Under the pieces are notes generated by a model. That model made no database searches and was not told the DNA's origin. It worked only from the letters and a program-made list of their open reading frames with translations. DNA of 64,000 bases from Callorhinchus milii (Eukaryota), in the NCBI RefSeq assembly GCF_018977255.1, contig NW_024704743.1:77316001-77380000 (forward strand), given 5' to 3'. Positions 1 to 12,066 of the stretch are shown in pieces (the stretch's first letter is position 1; each line of letters starts with the position of its first letter). Position numbers and translations under genes: made by a program.

Positions 1-639
1 TTAATAGCTGATGAGGTATCTCTGAGGCTTGGTACAACAGCTGCTGGAAGGCATTACCTGAAGTCTGGGTTTGTGAACACACTTAACCACAGCTTGGAAT
101 CCATCTTGATTGGCTCGCAGAGAGGTAAGCAGCTGCTGCTCAACCATTCTACCTCCAACTGGTGGAACTATCGCTCAATGGGAAAGGACGTGTATCAGAG
201 TTGTGGTCAGGAAGGTGGTGGCAATGCTCTAATGCATGTTGAGAGAAAGATGAAGTGGTTACGTTGAAAAGTTAAATTGATCTTTTTTACTCTGCAGAAA
301 TTATTATTATGCTTGTTTCCCAGAGTACATGGAATGCTTTGATGTACATTAAAGGTGGAGGAATCTCCTGCTGTGACAATCTCCTATCATTCTGACCCTT
401 GTCCCCTCCATCATTTTAGCTCTTCTCCCCACCATCAGTCGGCAAGATTTCACTCTCTAAAAATCTCTCTGCCACATTCCCTCTCTCTGTGCTTTCAATA
501 CCCATCTGAACACCTCTCTCTTTGACTGCACTTTCGACCTCCTCCACCAATATCCCACACCGTCTTAATAAAATTATTTGAGATATTTTCCTGTGAGAAA
601 GGCATCATAAAAGTGCAAATTGTCTTAATCGATATTGAG

Positions 640-1499
640 CAGAGAACCCGGCAGCGTGAGGAGGAAACTGAGTGAGGTGGAACAGAGTAGAAATTCTGTG
701 CAGGAATTTGGTAAGAGTGGGAATTCTTCAGCAAGAGAAATGAGCAAGTGAGAACTCTTTCATTCAGCAGAAGAGTGGGAAATCTTTCTTGAGGAAGAGA
801 CAACCTTTTATGTAAGTAGGCAAACAAGTCAAATTAGTCACAGGCCAGGTGTTGGGGATTAGTAAATTTATTGACCAGTTGAAACTGGGTGTGTCTGAGG
901 CCTATATGAAGGGGAAGAATTGCTTGTGCCTCACTCAAACAGAGAGTTCAGTGGTGTGAGGAGGTAATTGAGTGAGGTGGAACAGAGTAGGGATTCTGAG
1001 CAGGAATTTGGTGAGAGTGGGAATTTGGTGCAGCGGGGAAAAGAAGTACATCATTATGAAATGTATAATATTTATATTAAAATAATATAAAACATGTCTG
1101 GGAATATGGCAGGGCAGCTGAAACCTGTTGGATGCACAATGTGTGCCATGTTTGAATTCCAGGATGCTTTGTGTGCCCTGGGCAAACATGTGTATAGGAA
1201 GTGCCTCTGGCTGCTTGAGCTTGAGTTCAAGGTTTCTGAGCTTGAGGAGAGACTGAAGTCATGACATAGCATATGGGAGGCTGTCACCCCACAGCCACAG
1301 AGGGTTCAGAAGGGGAGAGGCAGAAATCCCCTGAGAGTGTGGTACTCACAAACTGATTCTCTGTACTGAATATTGCTGAGGGTGATGACACCTCTGGGGA
1401 GATGAGTCAAAAGCAAATGGATGCACAGGGGGACACAGGGAAGAGTGTCAAGGCAGTTGTTATTGGAGACATAACAGTGAAAAGAGTAGACAGATCTTT
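640..1499 (+). mobile_element. CR1-clade LINE 5' end: 5'UTR plus decayed ORF1 (zinc finger/leucine zipper and start of esterase domain)
   Basis: From ATG 1106: MAGQLKPVGCTMCAMFEFQDALCALGKHVYRKCLWLLELEFKVSELEERLKS* (CxxC...[C>Y]xxC then Leu heptads). From 1453: AVVIGDITVKRVDR, a degenerate VxGDS motif. 70-bp direct repeat in the UTR (656-725, 956-1025). Cut off by a SINE tail at ~1500. Confidence 0.75.
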
Positions 1500-1555
1500 G
1501 AGAGATCTCGAAGACGTGAAAAGCGCTATATCAAATGCAAAGATTATTATATTAT
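1500..1555 (+). mobile_element. SINE 3' tail fragment
   Basis: GAAGACGTGAAAAGCGCTATATCAAATGCAAAGATTATTATT matches the tail of the full SINE copies in this window. Confidence 0.85.
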
Positions 1556-2289
1556 ATATATATTAAATAATGACCAGGGAAAGATGAAGTCACTAGTGTG
1601 GGTAAAGAAGAAATGTGACTGAACATATAAATGTTCGAACGCAGCATATCTCATAAGAACTGTACGCTGTTACACCATGGGTGGGACAGAGACTGCAATA
1701 AAGGACCGTCCATCTGCTTCTTCCCCATGACCTGATTCAATGACCACCCATTGATAGGCCTGCCCATTGTTATCCAGCTAATTTATGCTTCCTTCAATGT
1801 GTCATATCCAACTGGCTTTCAGACATTTACTTTCTGCAGGGAAATTTACCCGAAGTAACACTTACATTTTATTCTCTGATGTATGTTTTTTTAAAAAAAA
1901 GATCAGTCTTTCCTTTTTTAGTGTTCAGCCTGTGCTGTGTTGCTGGAGGCCCAGCCATGGAGTTGAAACAGCCCGATAGTGCCACTAACGTGTATGGGGA
2001 AAGAGGTGCAGGTCTCTGCTGATAGAAGAATTTACTTTGCATTCAAACAGGAGAATTAGGAATGACAGGGCTTCAGTAACTTCAAGAATTTTGCATTTAG
2101 GTATTGCAGTGTAGAGGAATATGCTATTTATTTGCTGTCTACTGACTGTATAGTGATTAATTTATTGAATGCTAGGAGTATTTAATATGTGCATATTTGT
2201 CCTATATTATAAAAACATTTTGTAATATAGGACAACATTTCTGGTGTTCCTTGAAGCATTCATTTTGATATTTAGGCAAGGAATAGGTT

Positions 2290-2450
2290 AATAATAATAA
2301 TAATAGTCCATGCACTTGATATAGTGCATACTTGCATTGATATCTCAATGCACTTCACAGGATACAGTGTAAAGTGGATTGACTATTTTGTGACACAGCA
2401 GCAGTAATGTGCACAGCAATGTCCCATAAATAGCAATGAAGTTACCTGAT
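2290..2450 (-). mobile_element. Degenerate SINE 3' half
   Basis: (AAT)n followed by TGCACTTGATATAGTGC...CTTCACAGGATACAGTGTAAAGTG...CACAGCAATGTCCC, the reverse complement of the SINE tail. Confidence 0.7.
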
Positions 2451-4335
2451 TAGTCAGCATAAAATCTTTTGACTTTCCCGAGTAATAAGCATACTGCCTC
2501 CAGTCTCTGATCCATGCAATATGCTTTCTCTTCTTGATCAGCTTGCAGCCCATGAGATGCTACCCTCATTAAGGGCACATTATAATCAATGTTGTTGTTG
2601 TAAAGTGAATTTATTGATCTGGGTCTTGGGAATAATGCACAAGCTCCATACAAAGAATGTAAACATTGGGATTTCTTTACTTGGTGTACAGGGAGCATGA
2701 TATGCAGTGTAATGGCAATGATGCACAGTGCACGGAGAATGATACGAAGTGTACATGGAATAATATTCATATTTATAGGCGGCAGGTGGAAATATTCTTG
2801 GGGAAGGGGCTGAGTAAAACTCGGATAAAGGGTCAGTCCCCCTTAAGACAGCTGAGCTTGACAGATCCATCGACTAATAAGAGGTGAGGATGCCCTGATG
2901 AGCAGCCTGCCAGACCAGAAATATGCAATGGTATGGGTAATGTTATGTAGTGGTTAATTACTTAGAAATGATAGTTGCTGCATAGAAATGCTTGTGAGAG
3001 ACCACATGTACTTGGAGTGATAAAGTAATGTAGTTAACATAATGTATTCACAGAGAAATGCAGCAATGAAGGGGTTAAAGGGTGTTGCTGTGCAGTTCAA
3101 AGGGTTCATAGCAAGCACACAGTAAAGGGTTATGTTCAAGAAAGCACAGATTTTGTTCTTAAAGCCTTTACAAAAGCATGAATAAAGAGCAGCAAAAAAG
3201 GGTTGGGACTTAAAAAGTTTTCAGAATCCCAGTAAAGAAATCATTCCTGGAAGTGACCCATGGTGCTGCCAGTCACAGAATTGGAAGCAAACTCAATTGC
3301 TTCCCCTTCAATTTTTACAACAGCAATTTGTTTTGATTGTGTGCGTGTGGGCTGGGGATAGAGGCCTGGGACGCTGAAAGAACCAGAGAACAAGTTTTCC
3401 CTGTGAAATGAAACATGCGGATGAATTCCGCTCTGACTGAGGAGTTAGACTGGAACTTGATAAGTTGGAGCTGTTTTCTGGGTGGTTGAAGAACAGCAGT
3501 TATGACAGAAAGCAGGAATGTCACCTGCCTGCCTGCACTCCTCTCTTTACAACTCTCCACACAATCCTCCTGCATGCTGTTTTCCGACAATGAACAGAAC
3601 TTTGCATTGATTACTTGTGCTCCAACAATATACTTCGTGAAATATTTTAAATAGAGCTCTAAAATACAATTACTTAGGGATCAGCTCATTTTTAATTTGG
3701 TGCATTTCATTTTGTCTGATGGGAGTTTTTTTGGCTGGGTTGTGTGGGGAGTGATTGGAGCTCTCTGGGACGCTACCCTGCATGAGGAGCGCTATGTAAA
3801 TGCAAGTTGTCGTTGTTGGAGGACTAAAAACTGCTGGTGCTTACACCCTGCAGGTAATGTAAGGTAACAGTAAAAAAGCTTTGCACCAACCTGACCACTT
3901 GTAATAACATATTCACTTACGTTTTTACAGAAGGTAGTGAACACAAATGCTTCTATAAAATATCCCAATGACCTTATTTATGCAATATTTAATATTGGAT
4001 TCTTTACACACACGCTTCCTCTGGCAAGCTTCCCATTGCTTGTCTAAGCAAGGATCACCCTACCCATTAACCCTTTGGCTTGCAGGTTAACAGGAGCTGA
4101 ATGGTAAGAATGCCAGGCTTTTTTACACTTTTAAAAAAGTGTTTTTACACATAGAAAATGCCACCCTCAGAAAGCATGGAGCCTGAAACAAAAAATGGAT
4201 ATGATGTAAAATTAAGTGTGCTGACATTCATAGTAATTCCACTGTTGTGGTTAGCACATACCTATATTTTTATTTATGCTGGCAGTTGCACAAGGTAAAT
4301 ACTGTAGTCTGTACCTAGGGCAAATTGTTGCCATT

Positions 4336-4890
4336 GTTGATATTCAACTGCAGGAAGTTAGCTCTCATCCAGGACTTGATGTTTGACAGGCAATCTGTGA
4401 GGACAGCAGTGGAACTGGAATTGAGGATGGAGGCAGAGTCGTAGAGTTGGGTATCATCCACATACATGTGGAAGTTGACCCCATGTCTGTGGATAATGTC
4501 ACCAAGGGGAGCATATAGATATTGAAAAGGAGAGGGCCAAGGACAGAGCCCTGAGGGATGCCACACGTGACGGTGCAGGGGCTGGAGGAGAAGCTGTTCG
4601 TGGCGACAAAGTGGAAATCGTGGGTGAGGTAGAATTCGAACCAGGCAAGGCCGGGTCCACAAAGATTGAGCTGAGAAGAGAGGCGGTGTAGGTGTTGAAG
4701 GCAGCAGAGAAGTCGAGAAGGGCAAAGAGGCAGAAAGAGCTCTGGTCACAAATGTTCAGAATATGTTAGTGATTTTGACCATGTGCTGTGGAGGGGTTCA
4801 GAGAGGGAATGGTGGGAGAAAAGAGTGAAGCTGGGACATGACAAACTTGTTCCAGGGCCTTGGAGAGGAATGGGAGATTGGAGAGCTCCA
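4336..4890 (-). mobile_element. L2 LINE reverse transcriptase fragment (pseudogene)
   Basis: Minus-strand peptides LSNLPFLSKALE and LGDIIHRHGVNFHMYVDDTQLY...CLSNIKSWMRANFLQLN, with frameshifts. Confidence 0.9.
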
Positions 4891-6519
4891 ATCGAGCTCC
4901 GTTTAGAGATCCAAGCTTTATCACAAGGCTGAATTTACAATGCAACATGAGGGAGTGGCTCATTGTCAGCGTTCTGTCCTTATGATGAGACATGGAATTG
5001 TGGTCTCATCTGGCCTTTTCAGACACACATGAAAATTTCCATATGTTTATCCCATGCTTCCAAAATACCCACCCTACCATTTTCCTAATATAACACCAAA
5101 CTATTTCTGAAATGAGTCCACTGCCCTGGCCTCAATTACTCTTCCTGTTAACTAATTCCAGCTAAATAAATAAAAATAAATATACTTCCTGGCTTGTGTG
5201 TCCTGCTGTGGTTTGTGGGACATTAGGATCCAATGGCATATTGGCAGCTCTTCCATCTAATACTAGGAGCTGATGCTGGAAATCACTTCCATTCCAAAGT
5301 AGTAATTTTTTTTTCTGAAATAACTCATTCATTCTGTTTCCTGACATATTATTTTATGTAGATTTCTGCTTGACTTAAGCCATTTAAGAAGTTTTTTCTG
5401 TTGATAATATTAGTTGTATAACAAACATTGGCCATTATGAAGCAGAACGTTCGTAGCTCCAGGAAATGATTTAGATCTGTCGGACTCGTCAATTGCTGTG
5501 TGGGTAAAGAAGCCTAGCCTACTTTGCATTTTGTGACTGAATTGGAAGTGGATCGAACCCTGCTGTGTGAGAGTGTGGCTCCCATGCTGCTGTTTTGTTT
5601 TAAGATGCTTGGAGAGTTACGTTTGTTAAAATACAGATTAAAGGTTGATTCCCATCTGCTGGAATTCCCATCAATCTGATCTGTGTGGCAGAAAAACAGT
5701 TTTAAAGAGCAATCTGAAATGTTAAGGCTAAGAGCAGGTGGATTTTACACCTCAGATGGTTTCCACTGTGCACACAAAATAATGAAAAGAACCAACATTT
5801 TTTTGTGTTGTTATGCAGTATCTCTAGTTAAGTTTCAATAAGCTGAATGATGAAATTAACTGTTTGTGCAATCTGATCTGGCTTTCACTTAGGAAGTAAA
5901 TCTGAATTCCACATAGCTTAACGTGAATACACAGGATATTTCTCTGAATTTAGTTCCTGGCACATTTTCAGCGCTACAACGCTGAGTTTCACAAGTTTAC
6001 CATAGTCGGAGTGCAGCTCCCTCCTGTTTTAGCAACAGAATCTGCAGGTTCTATCACTTGACAATGGCATTATCTTGCTTCTGCTCCAGTTATGCTGGCA
6101 ACATGCAGCAAAAGAGAAGTGGTCAGAATTTCCTGCTTGAATCTGCTTTCCCCTTGGTATTACTTAGCTACTCGCTGAATAAACTTGCCATTGTTTTTGA
6201 CATCAAAACAATTGGGATTCAAATTCATGTGTAGAAATCAAAATCTTGTCACGTCATGTTGTTGTTTTAGTTTGTTCTTAAAAAAGAGTGTATACAGTGT
6301 GTGCCCTGGTTTAGCGCAAATAATATTCACAGGTCCAGTTTGTGTCTTATGCAGCCTTACCATCAAGATTGCGAAGCTTTTCTCATTCATATTGATTACT
6401 CACAGTATTAATGAGAAAGTTAATAGATCTTTGTTGTAAAAGCAATATGTTCTATGAAAATGAAGGTAGTATTTTTATTTGCTCCATCATTCCTCCAGGT
6501 GCTTAACCATGCTGAAAGA

Positions 6520-6750
6520 CAACTCTAGGTCTTATGGTAGCTCACCAAGTGACCTGTCTTCAAGTGTGAGCCTTGTCAATTAGTGTTATCTAGCTATTTG
6601 ACTGCAAGAGTATCACAGCCAAGCCCAAACCTGTCCTCACCCAATATCCACATGGAGTTTCCAGTAGAACTCACTGCACAATGATCAGGAGTGGGAAACT
6701 GACCTTTTTTCTCCTAAATTCCATAATTCCAGTTGCAGCATCCCTCCTGC
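6520..6750 (-). mobile_element. Old SINE-like dispersed repeat (family A); related copies at ~8710-8930(-), 15590-15830(+), 54440-54830(-)
   Basis: Shared blocks, e.g. ATCACAGCCAAGCCC...CCTGTCCTCACC vs ATCATGGCCGAGCCTGGACCTATCCTCACC at ~54565. The 54.7-54.8 kb end resembles a reversed tRNA-like head. Confidence 0.55.
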
Positions 6751-6756
6751 TGGCTG

Positions 6757-7184
6757 TGTGTCAAGTTGTTAGCACTGTCACTTCTGAATCAGAAGGTTGT
6801 GAGTTCAAGCCCCACGTCAGAACTTAAACTCACATGTCAAAGCTGACATTCTAATGCAGTGCTGGGGGGGTGTTGTATTGTTGGAGGTGCTGTTCTTTGG
6901 ATGAGATGTTAAACCATCTGCCTGTTTAGATGGACACTAAGAATCTTATGATACTACTCAAAAAGAGAAGGGAATTTTTTCCAGTGTCCTGACCAAAAAT
7001 CCCCAAAATAAAATTGGTCATTCACTTCATGGAATTTTGTGGGACACTGCTGTGTGCAATTGGGCTGTCGTGTTTACCTACAAATACGCAGTCATTCCAC
7101 TTCACTATAATTCCTCTAAAGCATTTTGAGATATCCTGCTGACATGAAAGGTGCTATACTAAATGCAAGGATAATTATTATTAT
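6757..7184 (+). mobile_element. Deu-domain SINE (DeuSINE/SacSINE1-like), near full length
   Basis: tRNA-like head with GAGTTCAAGCCC B box, central GGAGGTGCTGTTCTTTGGATGAGATGTTAAACC block typical of the Deu domain, L2-type tail ending AAATGCAAGGATAATTATTATT. Confidence 0.8.
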
Positions 7185-7973
7185 TTACTGTAGTATTATT
7201 ACCACACCATATATTTCAGTAAAATGTAATTTACAATGAATTCTCTTTCGTGTAATATATTATGTTACTGTAATATTGTGATGTGGTAATTTACAGCAAC
7301 TGATGTGTCATGAGACTGAATAGTGGCAAAATAAAGCTAAGTAAAGTGGAGCTTTGTAATGCACAAGTAATAATTGCTAAAATAAATAATTACATATCTA
7401 TACTTCAGTTAAGAAGCATTCTATTTGCAGGAATCTTTGCATCAATTTATTCCCAAGAGAAAGAATCAGATAAAGGGAATGTTTCACTCACCATAGGGGT
7501 GTTCCTATTAAAAGGCTTTTTGCTGATTGGACAATATTACAAATCAGCCAGATCTCTATGACCACTCCTATGTGCTTACAACCTTTACATTCCTTCTCAT
7601 AGAGGTTCAATAATTTCTAGACTAAATATCGGTGGATCTTGACAAACTGTTCTCAGTAAAGCATCGGGAATGTATGAGCAAAGAGGAAACCCTCATGCAA
7701 TGCTGAAAACAAATGGTGTTATAGAACCAGAGAGCTAATCCTGGCATTTGAAATGGTGCTACCAAAGTCTAAATGTTTCAAGCATTTGACAGTACTATAA
7801 TTGCTGTCAATTGCAGTGACTTTTAATTTTAATGTACATAAAAGTTGCAGGGACTACAATATTGATCCCTGATTGTTAAAGAGGTGACTGGGTGGTTCAC
7901 CCTTTCTCTCCAGATGTTGACTTGACATTTGCTGCCTGATTTGGCCACAGTTTCCTTCAACATCTCTGGATTA

Positions 7974-8437
7974 CAACCATAGAAATTTATGGCACAGTAG
8001 AAAGCTATTCAGACTGTTGTGTCTGTGCTGGCTCCCTCAGGAGCAATCCTTTTCCCCATACCCCTATAGTTAACTTTTTTTAAGATATCTGTCTAGTTCC
8101 CTCTTAAAGGCTAATATGGATTCTATCTCAATCACAGCTGGCAGTGCATTCCATATCCTAACTACTCTGTACATGAAAAAATATCTCCTGACCTCTCCAT
8201 TTGTCCGTTTACTAACTATTTGAAATTGATGCCCTCTATTTACTGACTCGCACACCAGTGGAAATAATTTCTCCTTTTGAATATCAAAACCCCTCATAAT
8301 TTTAAAGACTTCTATCAGGTTACCCCTCAACTTTCTTTGCTTCAATGGAAAAAGTCCCAATTCTTCCAGTCTCCACTCATAGACGAAACCACTCATCCCC
8401 GGTGCCATCCAATAAATCCCATCTGCACCTCCTCTGA
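7974..8437 (-). mobile_element. CR1 LINE 3' fragment
   Basis: ORF 8070-8408: RLEELGLFPLKQRKLRGNLIEVFKIMRGFD...RRYFFMYRVVRIWNALP, the CR1 ORF2 C-terminus, followed by a CR1-like 3'UTR. Confidence 0.9.
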
Positions 8438-9266
8438 ATTATGTAACCTCTAATAATATAGTACTCCTGCAGCATTGGAATGTTAGCCTAGATGATGAGC
8501 TCAAAGTCCTGACATGGGGTTTAAACCTTTTGACTCAGAGGCGATGATCCTACCAACTGAGTCAGGCTGTCAACTTAATGCATTCAGAGATACAACAATT
8601 TGAGCTTGAAGAATAATCAAGTATCTGTGCTACTCCATAAAATGCAACATAGACGTAGTAGAATGATGTTCAAACCTAACTGTATTTCCCCATTTACTTC
8701 TGAAGTAGCTCACACTGAGGTATGACTCCATCAGCACAAGCTGTTCTCTGACACCTGATCATTTATCATACATAAACCTAGACAGTAACTGTTGGCAGGC
8801 TATTCCTGCATGAAGAGCATTGCAACCAAGCCCTATCCTCAATGTCCACATGAGTGAATTTTTTAACAAAGACTGTTAATAGTGATTGTGTGTGCGAGGT
8901 AATATTTTCTCCCCTAATCCTGGGGAAAAGAATCCATTTGTTGTATCATTATTGTTGTGTGCCGCGATGAGATCATCTAATTCATCTTAGACTAAGGATA
9001 AAATTTGGACCATTCTACACCGAGCAATGTCTTTATCATCTGAACCATCAAAGGAGTTCATATCATAGGTTTGATTTAAAGTAGAAGTACATACCATAGA
9101 AATTCTGAAATGGTAAAAACATAAATGTGTTTTCAGTGAATAATTTGTCAGCCAGCGCACATGTTTTGTTCTGAAGGTGCTGCTTGGAGGAAGCCTGCAA
9201 ACAAATTTTTTTTGGAATTTCTCCTCCTGTGACATGAATGTCAATATCGCAGTCTGCAGATCACTT

Positions 9267-9364
9267 GTGGTGTCACCGAGCGGGAGGCCGTGGTGTCACC
9301 GAGCGGGAGGCTGTGGTGTCACTGAGCGGGAGGCCGTGGTGTCACCGAGCGGGAGGCCGTGGTG
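9267..9364. repeat. 23-bp minisatellite, variant GTGGTGTCACCGAGCGGGAGGCC, about 4.3 copies
   Basis: Units start at 9267, 9290, 9313 and 9336; partial unit 9359-9364. Confidence 0.97.
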
Positions 9365-9560
9365 ATAATAATAATAATAATCCTTGCATTTGAGATAGCG
9401 CTTTTCACGTCTTCTCGACGTCTCAAAACTGAATAGACTGTAAAGTGAATTGACCATATATTTGTGGGCGAAACGCAGCAGCCATTTGCGCACAGCAAAT
9501 GTCCCACAAACAGTCGTGGATTGAAGTGACCAATTTATTATTTATTTTCTTGAGTGATTA
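9365..9560 (-). mobile_element. tRNA-SINE 3' half (5'-truncated)
   Basis: (AAT)n CCTTGCATTTGAGATAGCGCTTTTCACGTCTTCT...CACAAACAGTCGTGGATTGAAGTGACC matches full copies. Confidence 0.9.
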
Positions 9561-9706
9561 TTAACACATGAATAGACACAATCACTGACAAACAGCAAGT
9601 CAAACAAATGAAAATAATACGAATAAAATAAAATAATGAAATAATATAAATAAAACAAACTGACAATTCTGGCAAACTTTCTATCATAGAAAAAAACATC
9701 CAATCT

Positions 9707-9835
9707 GGTGTGTGGTGTGTCTGCGTGTGTGTGTGTGTATCTGCGTGTGTATTTGAGTGTGGTGTCTGTGTGTGCGATGTTTGTGTGTGAGTGGGATGTG
9801 TGTGTCTGTGGTGTGTATAAGTGTGTGTGTGGGAT
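9707..9835. repeat. Degenerate (TG)n microsatellite
   Basis: Interrupted GT dinucleotide runs. Confidence 0.85.
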
Positions 9836-10177
9836 GTGATGTCACCGAGCGGAACGCCATGATGTCACCGAGCGGAACGCCGTGGTGTCACCGAGCGGAA
9901 CGCCGTGGTGTCACCGAGCGGAACGCCGTGGTGTCACCGAGCGGAACGCCGTGGTGTCACCGAGCGGAACGCCGTGGTGTCACCGAGCGGAACGCCGTGG
10001 TGTCACCGAGCGGAACGCCGTGGTGTCACCGAGCGGAAAGCCGTGGTGTCACCGAGCGGAACGCCGTGGTGTCACCGAGCGGAACGCCGTGGTGTCACCG
10101 AGCGGAACGCCGTGATGTCACCGAGCGGAACGCCGTGGTGTCACCGAGCGGAACGCCGTGATGTCACCGAGCGGAAC
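9836..10177. repeat. 23-bp minisatellite, variant GTGGTGTCACCGAGCGGAACGCC, about 15 copies; resumes at ~10449-10490
   Basis: Exact 23-bp period from 9836 to the last unit start at 10158; few substitutions. Confidence 0.97.
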
Positions 10178-10450
10178 AACAAGATACAACAACAACAACA
10201 AGATTCCATTTATAAAGCGCCTTTCACGTCAGGAGGACGTCCCAAGGCGCTGCACAGTTGGGTCATGACCCGAGCAGGGGGGAAATGGTCAGGGTGAGGG
10301 GAGGGAAGGGAGGGAGGGAGCGAGGAGGGGGGAAATGGTCAGGGTGAGGGGAGGGAGGGAGCGAGGAGGGGGGAAATGGTCAGGGTGAGGGGAGGGAAGG
10401 GAGGGAGCGAGGAGGGGGAAGAGAGTCGAGAGGGGAGCTGAAGGCTCGGT
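10175..10450 (-). mobile_element. L2 LINE 3' end inserted in the minisatellite, with internal amplification of a purine-rich block
   Basis: (CAA)n tail then GATTCCATTTATAAAGCGCCTTTCACGTCAGGAGGACGTCCCAAGGCGCTG; collinear with the reverse complement of 40278-40465. Confidence 0.9.
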
Positions 10451-10490
10451 GGTGTCACCGAGCGGAACGCCGTGGTGTCACCGAGCGGAA

Positions 10491-10772
10491 TGTCACAGAT
10501 GATCTGGATTATTGGTTAGGACACCGGGAGAAGAAGACTTTGTGGTAATTACTCTTGTCAAACACTGTAATGGGATCTTTAATGCTCACCTGAAGAACAA
10601 GTAAACAGGACTTTGGTTTAACATATCAACCAAAGCGCGGCCCTCAACAATGCACTGCTACCTTAGGGCTTCTTTGGAGAGTCAGCCTACCCTATAAGTT
10701 CATGACCTGACCTCAGAGTTGAACTCCCAACCTCTGTCCCAAAGGAGGATGTGCTATCAACTGAGCCAAGCC
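10491..10772 (-). mobile_element. Deu-domain SINE, degenerate
   Basis: ATGGGATCTTTAATGCTCACCTGAA...TTGGTTTAACATATCA (reversed Deu domain) and reversed head GTGCTATCAACTGAGCCAAG. Confidence 0.7.
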
Positions 10773-11489
10773 TCTCATGCTGACTTCTGAAACTCATATA
10801 GTGCATATAGTGAAATAGTGAAGGCACATGAACAATAAAAATATGAGGAAATGCATGATAAGCCTTCTATGATTAAGATCAGTTGCTTTTCGAGTTCAAT
10901 CAACAGAAGATGTTGCACACACTATGTGTATACCTGTATATAAGTGAATCTATGTGTTTAGAGAGGAATGAGCCAAACCAGCCTTTGTTTGAATGTTCCA
11001 TTGAATGTATGTGAATCTTTTCAAAACTGGGAAACTCTATGCCAAGTCGAAAACCCCTGAAATAGTGTATCTGAAAGCTTACTTCAACCGTGGCTTAAGG
11101 CTGTTTTTTTTTACCTGCATGGAGTTTGGATTGCTTGTAAAATGAGAATTCCACAATCCCATTGACCTGAACAAATTTGGTTTACCTTCGATTTCTGCCT
11201 TAGATTTGTGCTTCTCGCTGACACTATGTTGCCAATATTTTCGCAATATATCTCAGCAGTATTGCCAAAACAAAGGGAGATCTGTAGTGCTACATGCTAA
11301 ATCCCTGTTTACCAGTGCAAATAGTTTAGTACCATTGGATTTATTATTTATTTATTACAGGGGAGGAGCAGTGTACAAAACTGTCCATTGCTAAATATAA
11401 TAAATAAAAGGTACCTGTAAAATTATCAATGTGCCTCAGTTACTTTTTATTGATGTGTATTTTTGGTTGATGATGAAATTAGACATCAT

Positions 11490-11705
11490 TTATTATCAAA
11501 TGCAAGGATTATTATTATTTTTTATTATTTTATTATCATTGAGAAAATCAAATGATTGTTTGTGGGACACTGCTGTGCACAATTGGCTGCCGCACTTTGC
11601 CCACAAATATACAGTCAATTCACTTTACAGTATATTCTGTGAAGCGTTTTGAGACGTCTAGAAAACGTAATAAGGTGCTATATCAAATGCAAGGATTATT
11701 ATTAT
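11490..11705 (+). mobile_element. tRNA-SINE 3' half, preceded by an extra tail fragment
   Basis: TGTTTGTGGGACACTGCTGTGCACAATTGGCTGCC...TATCAAATGCAAGGATTATTATT. Confidence 0.85.
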
Positions 11706-12066
11706 AAGTCAGGCCTCGTTAACTTCACAGTGTTCCACTCAATGACATCAGGATGTGCCACTCCACTTTTAACCAGCTAAAACCACATATTTCAGACTGA
11801 GAGCACTATTGGGCAAGCTTTGTACTGCTTATCCAGCTAGGACCACCCTACCCTTCAGAACTTTGGCTTGCAGGGTTAACAGGAGCCAATTGAGAATAAT
11901 CACTGCTCTCAGTGACTAGTCTACTCCAAGTCCTGATAATGGGACACGCTGGTTGGTCTATGATCAGCAGTTCCCTGGAATGCTGTGGACCCGCCTGGTA
12001 TAGGAACTGAGAATACAACCACTATAGAGGGTTGACTCAATTCTGACATTTGTTTGTCAAGTGTGT

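Noticed and set aside
9836..10177. CRISPR-like array of palindromic repeats
   Set aside because: Units are head-to-tail with no unique spacers, there are no cas genes, and the context is a vertebrate genome; it is a minisatellite.
9757..10297. ORFs with repeating VVSPSGTPWCHRAERRGVTERNA peptide
   Set aside because: Artefact of a stop-free 23-bp repeat open in all three frames.
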